From NCBI RefSeq assembly GCF_963921235.1, contig NC_086097.1, forward strand, positions 211,174,001-211,238,000: a stretch of 64,000 nt of DNA, written 5' to 3'. The notes under the pieces are model-generated. The model did not search any database. It saw only the letters and a program-made list of their open reading frames with translations, and was not told where the DNA came from. The stretch comes from Mobula hypostoma. Lineage: Eukaryota. A program made the position numbers and the translations under genes. Numbering within the stretch: position 1 is the first letter of the stretch; each line of letters starts with the position of its first letter. Shown one piece after another: positions 13,443-25,240 of this stretch.

Positions 13443-16400
13443 TGTCAGAATGCTGGAGCAGGGACCCAGACACAGATCAAGTACTGTACACTCTGATATT
13501 TATTGAGTAACAAATCCAGAGGGGCAACAAAGTCAGTGTCAAAGTTCAGGCGGAGATCAAAGAAGCCAGAGAAATCCAAAAATCAGAATCAGCAAGCCGG
13601 CAGAGTCAAAAACCAGAACAATCAAGATAAACAGGCAAAATCAGGGTCAACAAACGGGCAAGGTCGATACTCAGAGGGACAGAGTTTAGATATGAATGGA
13701 AACTCACTGGCACAATCTGGTAAAACACAGGTAAAAAAACAAGACGAAAATACATTGAGCAATAAACAGCGAGACAGATGATAGGTGGAGCACAATGAGA
13801 CACAGGTGGCAGCAATACAAGTAATATTGGTTGGCCTCCTCAGTCTGGCCATTGGTCTGTGGGTGGAATCCTGAAGACAGACTCACCAAGGCACCATGAA
13901 GATTAGATTTTTAGATTATGAGAACACTCAGTCCTCTTTTATTGTCATTTAGAAATGCATACATGCATTAAGAAATGATACAATGTTTCTCTGGAGTGAT
14001 ATCACAGAAAACAGGACAAACCAAAGACTAACACTGACAGAACCACATCATTATAACATATAGTTACAGCAGTGTAAAGCAATACCATAATTTGGTGAAG
14101 AACAAACCATGGGCACGGTAAATAAAGTCTCAAAAATCCCCGAGTCAATCGACTCCCGAGTCCCCGATAGCAGGCGGCAAAAGGGAGAAACTCCCTGCCA
14201 TAAACTGCCAGGCACCGTCAACTTGCCGATGCCTTGGAAGCAGCCGACCACCGCCAACACTGAGTCCATCCGTCCGAAAACTTCGAGCCTCCGACCAGCC
14301 CCTCTGATACAGCCTCCCGAGCGCCATCCTCTGCTGAGCGCCTTCGACCTCGCCCCGGCCACTGAAACACGCAAAGCTGAGGATTTCGGGGCCTTCCCCT
14401 CCAGAGATTCTGGTTACCACACAGTAGCAGCAGCAGCGAAGCGGGCATTTCAGAAGTTTTCCAGATGTTCCTCTGTACTCTCACATCCATCTCCATCAAA
14501 TCAGAATTGTGCACTGTCCTCTACTTGACAGATAACAGACATCACTACTGAAGTGGCCGCGTGCGCTGCCATCGCACCACCATCTTCTCCTCCTCCTAAC
14601 GGAATGCCCTCCAGAAGTTGGATGTGAATTGAGGGCCCCTGTCTGACATAAAACCTACAGGTAAACCGTGTAATTTGAAGACACGCAGTATTAGTAATTT
14701 GGCTATTTCTTTGGGAGAGGGGAGTTTAGGTAAAGGAATGAAGTGTACAGACTTGGAGAAGCGATCAATTACTGTGAGAATGGTGGTGTTACCATCTGAT
14801 GGGGAAGACCAGGGATGAAGTCCAGGGTAATGTGGGACCAGGGTCTCTTGGGGATAGACAGGGGTTGTAACAGACCAGCGGGTGGCTGGTTAGAATTCTT
14901 GCCTTGAGCACAGACAGAACAGGCTGAGACAAAGTTGCAGATGTCACCCTCCATGGAGGGCCATCAGAACTGCTGACTGATGAAGGCCTGAGTACGCTTG
15001 GTTCCAGGGTGACAGGATAACCGGGAAGAAAGACCCCACTCCACTACCTGTGAGCGAACAGAGCTGGGAACATAAACACGGTTAGTGGGGCATTGACTAG
15101 GGGCTGTCTCGCTCTGTTGAGCTGCTTGCACCATGGCTTCAATGTCCCATTGCACTGCACCCACAAGACAGTGAGCAGGGAGGATGACATCAGGGACCTC
15201 AGGGGTCTCAGGGAAAGGAAATCTTCAGGAGAGGGCATCAGGTTTTCCATTCTTGGAACCGGGGCAGAAGGACAGAGTAAAATTGAATCTTGAGAAAAAC
15301 AGGGACCAACGAGCTTGACGGGAGTTGAGACGTTTGGCAGTACGGATATATTTCAGATTCTTGTGATCACTCCAGACCAAGAAATGCACCTCGACTCCCT
15401 CCAGCCAATGCCTCCACTCCTCCAGAGCTAGCTTCACAGTCAGCAGCTCCTGGTTTCCGATATCGTAATTCTGCTCTGTGGGAGTAAGGCGGTGAGAGAA
15501 GGTGGCATAGGGGTGTACCTTCTCATCCTTGGCCGAATGCAGAGAGAGAACAGCTCCTTCACCAATGTCAGACGCATCCACCTCCACAATGAACTGCCGG
15601 TCGGTGTCGGGTTGAATCAGAATGGGGCAGAGGTGAAACGTTCCTTCAGGTCAAAGAGTGCTTTGTCAGCAGCAGGGGACCAGGAGAATCTGACAGCCGA
15701 TAAGGTAAGAGCAGTGGGTGGTGCAGCCAGTGTACTGTAATTTCTGATGAAGCAGCGATAGAAGTTAGCAAAGCCCAAGAAGTGTCGCAACTCACGACGA
15801 GTCGAAGGGTGGGGCCATTCGACCACTGCCTTGACCTTCTGTTGGTCCAAATGAATGGAACCACCTGAAATTACATACCCCAGGAAGGAAATGGTATTGT
15901 GATGAAACTCACATTTCTCAGCCTTCACAAAGAGCTGGTTCTCCAGAAGGTGCTAGAGAAGTCTGTGGACGTGACCTGTGTGTTCAGCAAGCGACTTAGA
16001 AAAAAATCCAAATGTCATGGAGATACAAAAAAACAGATTGATTCAGCATGTCCCTGAGAACGTCATTTACCAGGGCTTGGAAGACAGCGGGGGATTTGGT
16101 GAGACTGAATGGCATGACCAGATACTAGTAATGGCCCGAGGTGGTGTTGAAGGCCGTCTTCCACTCGTCCCCTTTGCGGATGCGGTCAAGAATGTAGGCA
16201 TTACAGAGATCAAGCTTGGTGAAAACTAAGGCTCCTTGCAGTAGTTCAAATGTCGAGATCATGAGTGGAAGAGGGTAATGGTTCTTAACAATGACTTCAT
16301 TCAGGCCCCGGTAATCAATGCATGGATGTAAGGAGCCGTCCTTCTTTCCATTAAAGAGAAAACCGGCACCAGCAGGGGAGGAAGATGACCGGATGATGCC

Positions 16401-17235
16401 TGCAGCCAGTGACTCTTGAATATACTTACTCATGGCTTCTGTTTCAGATAGACAATGGAGTACAGGCGGCCCCTTGGGGGAGACGTGTCAGGCAAGATGT
16501 CAATGGTGCAATCATATGGACGAAGAGGTGGCAGGGAAGTGGCCCAGTACTTGCTGAACACAGCCTTGAGGTCCATGTATTCAGGAGGGATGGCACTAAG
16601 GTCCAGAAATTCCTGGGGGGGGGCAGAACTGGGTTTGGAGACAAAGGGATCTGAGCATGGCAGAGGCAGTGGGAGTGACAGAATGGGGCCCAGACTACAA
16701 TCTTGCGACTGAGCCAGTCAATGTGGGGGTTGTGTTTAACTAACCAGGGATGACCCAGGACAATGGGAGCTTGAGGAGAGTCAATATCATAAAGGGTTAA
16801 CTGTTCATGATGGTCGCCAGATAAACTGAGACTCATCAAGGCTGTGACATGGGTGATGTTAGCCGGTCTCTGACCGCTCAAGGTGTTGGCCATCAACGGT
16901 GACTGGAGAGTAGACATGGATAACCCATACTGGGCAGCCAAGCCAGAAATCAATAAAACTCCCCTCCACACCAGAATCGACCAAGGCGGAGACCGCTCAC
17001 CATTAGAAGCCCCACTCCAGAGAAGCAGGCAAGAGAGTGAGTGGTGTCGAGGGGGGCAGGACAGGGGTCACACTCACCAGCACTCCTCGTCTTACTGGTG
17101 AGCGCTGGCTTTTACGGGGCAGGTGGCAACGAAGTGGCCAGGAAAACAAACAAGAGCACATGGCAATACAAAAACACAGAATGATGGCTAAGGGGAAACA
17201 CACAAAAAGACAGAGTTCAACTGGATGTACTGACA
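13443..17235 (-). mobile_element. Ty3/Gypsy (sushi-like) LTR retrotransposon, internally deleted and decayed
   Basis: TGTCAG..CTGACA termini, TSD TAGAA/TAGAT; gag knuckle end GHFVATCP; RT ([32 protein letters not shown]); RNase H ([28 protein letters not shown]); integrase ([27 protein letters not shown]). Confidence 0.93.
13900..14598 (-). mobile_element. Non-coding ~700-bp retroposon (non-autonomous LINE derivative) inserted in the Gypsy integrase
   Basis: Colinear homolog of 61670-62363; GGAGGAGAAGATGG 5' end; TGACAATAAA, hairpin and (AATCT)n 3' end. Confidence 0.8.
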
Positions 17236-17291
17236 TAGATTCTGTGATGCCAACAGTTTACAGCCTCTGTCTGGGAATCAATTGAATGTGC

Positions 17292-17505
17292 AGAATCAAG
17301 TTTATTATCACCGGCATGTGACATGAAATTTGTTAACTTAGCAGCAGCAGTCCAATACAATACATTATATAGAAGAAAAAATAAAATAATAATCATAATA
17401 AATAAGTAAATACATTTTTTTCAGTATACTTTATACAGTATACGTATATTGAATAGATTAAAAGTTGTGCAAAAAACAGAAATACTATATATTTTTAAAA
17501 AATTC
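17292..17505 (-). mobile_element. Rex-type 3' tail fragment
   Basis: Reverse complement of TGCTGCTGCTAAGTTAACAAATTTCA..GCCGGTGATAATAAAC..GATTCTG, which also occurs at about 63680-63818. Confidence 0.7.
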
Positions 17506-17619
17506 AAGTTGATTTCTCCCTCCATACAATGAAGAAAAGGCATTGAATCATGGAGACAGAAAACACAGAAGCAGGCCCCTCAACCCGTTAATCAAATTTT
17601 GCTAAACTTTTGCAAATTT

Positions 17620-18100
17620 TTAAAGATGTATCATGGGGAATATTCTAATTGGTTGCATCACTGCCTGGTATGGAGGCTCCAATGCACAGGACCACAGGAG
17701 GCTGCAGAGAGTTACGGACTCACCCGTCTGTACCATGAGCAAAAGCTCCCCATCATGAAGGGCCTCTCCAAATGGTAGCGCCTCAGGAATGCAGTATCCA
17801 TCATAAAGGACCCTCACCTTCTGGGTCATGCTTTCTTCTCTTTGCTACCATCAGGGTGAATGTACAGGAGCCCGAAGATGCAGACTCAATATTTTGGGAG
17901 CAGCTTTTTCCTCTCCAACTTCAGATTTCTGAATAATCCAGGAAACCATGGACACTCCCTCCCTATTCCTCTTTCCACTATTTATTTATTTTATTTCTTT
18001 CTGTAAATTATAGTAATTTTTTATGCCTTGTACTGTACTGCTGCCACAAAACAATACATTTTGCAGCATATATCAGTGCCAATAAATACGATTTTGATTC
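17620..18100 (+). mobile_element. Rex1/Babar 3' fragment
   Basis: CITAWYG and SIIKDPH..GHAFFSLLPSG motifs; AATAAA..GATTCT tail. Confidence 0.8.
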
Positions 18101-18197
18101 TAAGTCCACCTAAATCATCAAGTATGTAATCGTACAAATTCTACACTAACCCCATTCCAATCAACTCTCCCCTTCCCCCTCAGTTTCTACCACTCAT

Positions 18198-18393
18198 GTG
18201 CACACTAGGGTGAATTTAGAGTAGCCGATTAACCTACCCTCATGTACAATTTTGGCATGTGGGCGTGAGGGTGGAACCAGAGTACCCTAGGGAAACCCAC
18301 ACAGTCACAGGGATAACTTGCAAACTCCTCACAGATGGCACCAGGGGTCAAGCTTGCACAGTGAGGTAGCAACCCCACTAGTTACGCACTGTG
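18198..18393 (-). mobile_element. tRNA-derived V-SINE (HE1-like)
   Basis: Reverse complement of the V-domain GGAGTTTGCA..CCCTGTGAC..GTGGGTTTCC..CTCTGGTT. Confidence 0.75.
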
Positions 18394-18829
18394 AGAAGTT
18401 GAAAAGGAAATAATTTCCAAGAAATATTCAACCTAACGTGGACCTAATGTTGTCCAGAAATTTAATCTTCAAGATCGATGAAGCATTTCTTTGTCACAGT
18501 AGTTGAAGTGTCATTTTAAATGTCACCTCCACAAGGGCACATCGGACACTGTAAATGTAATTTAACAGGTACCAACCCAGATGCCTGACTTACTAAGAAT
18601 AAACCCAGGGTAGTATCTGACTGAAACCATCAGGAAGTATTTGATTTAGAGTCACTGGACTGATACACTGGCCATCTCTCGTTGCCTGTACACTGACTAC
18701 TGAAACAATTTTAATCTGATTTCAAAGCAATCCTCTCACTGAAACCTTCCAGGAAATATTTGGTATCTTTTCCATAGAGAAAGAACAAGCTCAGACCCTA
18801 AAAAATCTGCATCCTTACAAAAATGGCAA

Positions 18830-20905
18830 TGATGCTTCATTCCCCAATGAGCTCAACATATTTTATGCACATTTTGAAAAGGAGAATCTACACCTCGGCA
18901 GACCCCCGCAGTATCTGGTGGTCACGCTATGATCTCTGTCTGAGAGGCTAACATCAGAACCGCTGCATGGTAACGGTATACCTGGCATGGTACTGAAAAC
19001 CTGTGCTGGCAACAGGCTGGAGTGTTCATGAACATCTTCAACCTCTCACTACCGCAGTTGGAGATTCCAGCCTGCTTCAGAAGAGCATCAATCATACAGG
19101 AGTGCAGGAAGGGCAGAGTGGATTACCTCAACAAGAATTACCCAGTAGCACTTTGAGAGGTTGGTCGTAGCTAGAGTTAACCCCTGTCTAACCAAGGACC
19201 TGAAACTGCTGCAATTTGCCTACTACCACAATCGGTCTACAGTGGATGCAATCTCATTGGCTTTGCAGAATCTAGACAACATCAAAGCATAAGTCAGATT
19301 CCTCTTTGTCAGGTCCACCTTAGCACTTGATACAGTCATCCCCACAATATTAATCGCCAAGCTTCAAAACCTGGGCCTCTATATCTTCCCATGCAACTGA
19401 ATGTTCAACTTTATCATTGGGAGACCATAACCTGTGTGGAGTGGTAATAACATCTCATCACTGCCAATCAGTGCACCTCAAGTCTATGTGCTTAGCCCAC
19501 TGTTCTGCTCTCTCTACACTCATGGCAGTGTGACTAGGCACAGCTCAGACACCATCTATAAATTTGTCGATGGCATCACTGTCGTTGGCATACTCTCAGA
19601 TGAAGGTAAGGAAGCAGACAGGAATGAGAAAGGTCAGCTGATTGAATGGTGTTTTCCTTGCACTCAACATCAGCGAGATCAAGAACTGATTATGGACTTC
19701 AGGAAGAGGAAGTCAGGAAAACACACATGAGTTCTCACTGAGGGATCAGTGATGGAAAGGGTGAGCAGCTTCACCTTCCTAGGCATCAAAGTCTCAGATG
19801 ATCTACCTTGGGCCCAATGCACGGGTGCCTCTGCTTCATTAGGGGTTTGAGGAGATTAGGTATGTCAGCAAAGACTCTTGTAAATTACTATGAGCAACAT
19901 ACATCAAAGTTGCTGGTAAACGCAGCAGGCCAGGCAGCATCTCTAGGAAGAGGTACAGTCGACGTTTCAGGCCGAGACCCTTCGTGAGGACTAACTGAAA
20001 GAAGAGCTAGTAAGAGATTTGAAATTGGGAGATCCGAAATGATAGGAGAAGACAGGAGGGGAAGGGATGGAGCCAAGAGCTGGACAGTTGATTGGCGAAA
20101 GGGATATGAGAGGATCATGGGACAGGAGGCCCAGGGAGAAAGAAAAGGGCTTGAATTTCCAGCATCTGCAGATTTTCTCATGTCTGTGTAGGAGCATGAG
20201 GGAAGCTTTGATATTGGCATAAAAATTATGAGGGGTATAAGTAGAAAAAATGCAAACAGCGTTTTCCTGACGAAGGGTCTCGGCCTGAAATGTCGACTGT
20301 ACCTCTTCCTAGAGATGCTGCCTGGCCTGCTGCGTTCACCAGCAACTTTGATGTGCGTTGCTTGAATTTCCAGCATCTGCAGAATTCCTGTTGTTTGCGT
20401 ATTTTTGTAAATTACTGTGGATTACTATGGAGAGTATTCTGACTAGTTGTGTCACGGCCCAGTAGGGAGGCTCCAATGCAGAGGATGCACAAGGTTATAA
20501 TCTCAGCTAATTCCATCCTGTGAACGACCGTCCTTACCATCAAGGATATCTTCAAGAGGCAGAGGCTGCAGAAGGTGGCATCCATCATTAAAGACCCTCA
20601 CCATCCAGGACATGCCCACTTTGCATTGCTACCATCAGGGAGGAGCTATTGGAGACAGCAGAGCCACACTCAACATTTTAGGAAAAACTTCTTCTCTGCC
20701 ATCAGATTTATGAACGGTCCATGAACCCCTGAACACTACCTCATTATTTGTCGTTTGCACTATTTATATTAAAGTATTTATTTGTAACTTATATAATTAG
20801 TAATTCTTGTGACTTGCACAGTACTGTTCTCACAAAACAACAAATCTCTCATCATACGTCAGTGAAACTAAACCAAATTCTTATAGTAATTCTGATTCTG
20901 AACTT
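18830..20905 (+). mobile_element. Old Rex1/Babar element interrupted by a PLE
   Basis: Degenerate ELNIFYAHF, LQFAY, YKFVDGITVVG, SIIKDPHHPG and tail. Confidence 0.8.
19893..20404. mobile_element. PLE fold-back insertion with captured central sequence
   Basis: Left arm 19893-20149 (-), right arm 20266-20400 (+); TSD TTGTAAATTACT(A/G)TG at 19878-19892 and 20405-20419. Confidence 0.88.
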
Positions 20906-21339
20906 CAATGTCTATCCGAACCCTATTCCTGACATATTCAGCTGTCAAAGCTGTCAAATTGCTTCTTGTGCTGAAGTGAAGGAGAGAGAAGGACAGAGGA
21001 ATAAGCAGAATTAGGTTTGCAAACACTCCCTATGTGGTCCAGGACTTCCTGTATCTGAAAGGCAAATTAGCTAACTACTCTGGAGGAAACAATTTTCCCT
21101 TATTTCCAAGAGGAAGGGGGATATCTGGAATTCCCAGGGCCTTCACAATTCTTTAAAAGGACTTTTTTTAACAACAGATGTTGCAATCAGGAAGCATCTG
21201 TACAGACAAAAGCTTTAAACATTTCAAATTATGGTGAAGAGTCATTGAGGTGAAACATCAGTTCTGTTACTCACTTCACAGCTGCTGCTTAACCAGCTGA
21301 ATATTTTCAGTGCTTTCTGCTTTTCTTTAGATGCAGCCA

Positions 21340-24300
21340 CCCTATTAAACATAAAATTCTCTGTCTCAAGGTGATCACAGTGAGCACGATTGAGGTTCTC
21401 CTGACAGCCTGAGGTATGAATCGATGAATGTTGGGCCTGGGCTTTGAGGCCCTGCCAATTTTGGGCCCAAGTCTAACTTGCACTAACCCAAGTGCCTCAG
21501 ACGCTTCACCGGAGCGACCACCGTAAAGCCCCGTTGGTGGCCATCCACAGCTGCCGGAAGTGAGGCCTCTGCTGCCGACCTCAGAAATTGAGCCTGAGGC
21601 TTGGCTGGAGCAGAGGCCTCCGCAACCGTGACTCGGCTTACGGACTTGTTTTAGCCAGGAGCCCAGCCATCCGGGATTAAGTGTCGGCTTCAGGGCCCGA
21701 CCCAATCGACAGCCCGGGCCCCTGGCAGCTGGAAGTAGCAGCGGAGCCTCCCCCATCACTCGGCCTGACCCAGAGCGCCCGACAATGCAACCCGCCAATA
21801 AATCCCTGTGGGATGCATCCACCAACCTCAAAGAGCTGACAACAACACACTGCATCGATGGAAACCTGGAAAGATGCACTATTTACTAAGGAAGCGTGGG
21901 AAAAGAGCTGGGCTGCTGGTCAGATTGAAGCTGAGGGGCTTCAGGGTCCCTATGCCCACCATCCTCTAGCTAAGCCATAGAGAACAAGGTGGATGATCTT
22001 AAAGGGAGACTCACCTACTGCAGGGAGATGCAGAACCGCTGTGTATTCTGTTTCACCGAGACCTGGCTCTCTCCTGCCACCCCCGACTGTGCCATCCGAC
22101 CAGAGGGATTTTTGATCCATTGGATGGACCGCACGGCGTCTTTGGGCAAGACGAGGGGAGGTGGTGTCTGCCTACTGATCAACACTGGGTGGTGCTCGGA
22201 CACAGTGGCACTGACAAGCTCCTGCAGCCCGGACCTGGAACACCTGTCAGTGAAGTGTCGTCCCGACTACCTGCCACAGGAGTTCATCTCGGTCATACTG
22301 ACAGTGGTCTACATTCCCCCCCAGGCGGACGTGGAGTGTGCTCTGAACATACTGTATGCCAACATCAGTGAACTTGAGACCAGGTATCCGGAGGCTTTGC
22401 TCGTTACAGCCGGGGACTTTAACCAGGCCAACCTCAGAAAGGCGCTGCCGTAGTTATACCAACATGTCTCCTACCACACTAGAGGCCTGAATATGCTTGA
22501 CTACTGCTACACAGCCGCCAAGGATGCCTACCGTTCCATCCCATGACCTCACTTTGGAAAATCGGACCATCAGGCCGTACTCCTCCTCCCGGCTTACAAA
22601 CAGAAACTGAAGCAGGTGGACACGGTGTCAAAAGTAGTGTCGCGTTGGACGGAGGAAACGGATGAGGTCCTCCGTGACCGCTTTGAATCGGTGGACTGGT
22701 TAGTATTCAAGGACTCGGCAGCTAACCTCGATGACTATGCCTCAGCTGTCACGGCATTTATTTGGAAATGCACGGAGGATTGTGTGTCTCACAAGACGAT
22801 CCGGGTATCCCCTAACCGGAAACCTTGGATGAATTGTGAGGTCAAGTCCCTTTTGAAGTCTAGAGCTGCGGCTTTTAGGTCCAGGAATACTAGCTGCTAC
22901 ACGGAATCCAGGTGTGAACTCCGGAAAGCCATTAAGGGCGCCAAGAGGCAATATCGAACCAAGTTGGAAGCCCAGGCTAACCAAAGGGATGCCAGTAGAC
23001 TACGGCAGGGTCTAAGTGAGATCACTGAGCGTAAAGAAAAGGCTGGGAATATCATTAACTGTGGCGCTTGTCTTCCTGACGAACTTAACGTATTCTACGC
23101 AAGATTCGAACAGAAGAGGAGCGTTCTGCTCCCTCCGGATGAATTGGACCTGGTGGCATCGAGATTCATCGTCACCGAGGAGGACATTAGAAGGGCCATC
23201 CTGAAGATAAATCCAAGGAAGGCGACGGGCCCAGATGGCGTCCCAGGACGGGTTCTCCAGGCCTGTGCAAGCGAGCTAGCTGGAGTGTTTGCTGACATCT
23301 TCAACTGCTCCTTGCTTCAGTCTAAGATCACCTCATGTTTTAAGAAGGCAACGATAATCCCAGTGCCAAAAAAGAGCAAGGTGCCTGAATGACTATCGAA
23401 CTGTGGCACTGACATCAATTGCTATGAAGTGCTTCGAGAGATTGGTTATGGCACAGCACACATCAACCACAGCCTACCGGTCAACCTTGACACTTTGCAA
23501 TTTGCCTACCAGAGCAACAGGTCATCAGCAGATGCCATCTCTCTGGCCCTACATTTCTCCTTAGAACACCTGGAGAATAAAGACACATACGTAAGGTTCC
23601 TTTTCATTGACTACAGCTCTGCCTTTAATACCCTCATTCCAAATAAACTGATTCCTAAGCTCCGGAACCTGGGCCTTAGCACTCAGATCTGCAGCTGGAT
23701 CTTCAACTTCCTCACAGACAGGACCCAGGCTGTAAAAATAGGGGACAAGCTCTCCTCTACAATCACTCTGAGCACCAGTGCCCCACAAGGCTGTGTACTC
23801 AGCCCCCTGCTGTACTCACTGTACACCCATGATTGTGTCGACAAGTTTCCATCAAACTCAATACATAAGTTTGCTGATGACACAACAATTGTAGGCCGTA
23901 TCTCGGGTAATGATGATTTTGAGTACAGAGAGGAAATTAAGAACCTGCTGGCATGGTGCAAAGACAATAACCTATCCCTCAATGTCAGCAAGACGAAGGA
24001 ATTGGTTGTTGACTTCAGAAGGAGTAGCGGACCGCACGACCCAATTTACATCGGTGGTGCGCAAGTGGAACAGGTCAAAAGCTTTAAGTTCCTTGGGGTT
24101 AATATCACAAATGACCCGACTTGGTCCAACCAAGCAGAGTTCACTGCCAAAAAGGCCCACCAGCGCCTTTACTTCCTGAGAAAACTAAAGAAATTTGGCC
24201 TGTCCCCTAAAACCCTCACTAATTTTTATAGATGCACCGTAGAAAGCATTCTTCTAGGGTGCATCACAACCTGGTATGGAAGTTGTCCTGTCCAAGACCG

Positions 24301-24815
24301 AAAGAAGCTGCAGAAGATCGTGAACACGGCGTAGCACATCACACAAACCAATCTTTCATCCTTGGACTCACTTTACACTGCACGCTGTCAGAGCAGTGCT
24401 GCCAGGATAATTAAGGACACGACCCACCCAGCCAACACATTTTTCGTCCCTCTTCCCTCCGGGAGAAGGCTCAGGAGCTTGAAGACTCATACGGCCAGGT
24501 TTAGGAACAGCTTCTTTCCAACTGTGATAAGACTGCTGAACAGATTCTGACCCGGATCTGGGCCGTACCCTCCAAATATCCGGATCTGCCTCTCGGTTTT
24601 TTTGCACTACCTTACTTCCCATTTTTCTATTTTCTATTTATGATTTATAATTTAAATTTTTAGTATTTACTAATTTTTGCTGTTTTTAATATTTTAATAT
24701 TTAATATTTGTAATCCAGGGAGCAGGAAGCACAGAATCAAATATCGCTGTGATGATTGTACGTTCCAGTATCAATTGTTTGGCGACAATAAAGTATAAAA
24801 TATAAAGTATAAAGT
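21340..24815 (+). mobile_element. Near full-length Rex1/Babar LINE (GC-rich 5' region, APE and RT), disabled by stops and frameshifts
   Basis: APE motifs FCFTETWL, GGGVC, VYIPP, AGDFN, SDH; RT motifs [43 protein letters not shown]; (AAAGTAT)n tail at 24789-24815; 5' limit approximate. Confidence 0.93.
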
Positions 24816-24874
24816 CTTCAGACCTCAATTGATACTGAGTATGGGACCTTGGGTCCAGTTGTTGTTGGATCTGG

Positions 24875-25240
24875 TTCAAATTTAAAATTTAACATACATT
24901 TATTATAAAGTACGTATGCAATACGCACCCCTGAAATTCAATTTCCCCAGAGACAGTCACGGAACAAAGAAGAACCAACCCATTCAGTGAAAAACATCAA
25001 ACATCAAATCCCTCTCCCCACACCTGCAAAAATAATCATGCAAAAGGCAACAAAAACGAAGCTTGAAAAACACATAATATAAAAGACGATAGGCTTATTT
25101 TGGTACAACTCAGCTCAGTTTTTATTATCTGTGGGCCGCCCGATTCATAGATCGTCCAATAGTAGTAACTAAAAAAAGAGCATCCAGAACTGGAGCTGGA
25201 AATACAACACATCATAAAACCTGTATTAGAGTCCACAGTT
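24875..25240 (-). mobile_element. Fragment with a Rex-like 3' tail
   Basis: Reverse complement reads GAATTTCAGGG..AATAAA..TTTGAA, like Rex tails; body non-coding. Confidence 0.45.

Noticed and set aside
13503..13781. Lys/Gln-rich 92-aa ORF
   Set aside because: It lies within the Gypsy LTR piece and reflects compositional bias.
21340..21900. CpG-island promoter of a host gene
   Set aside because: It is contiguous with the Rex1/Babar endonuclease region and is best explained as the element's 5' region.
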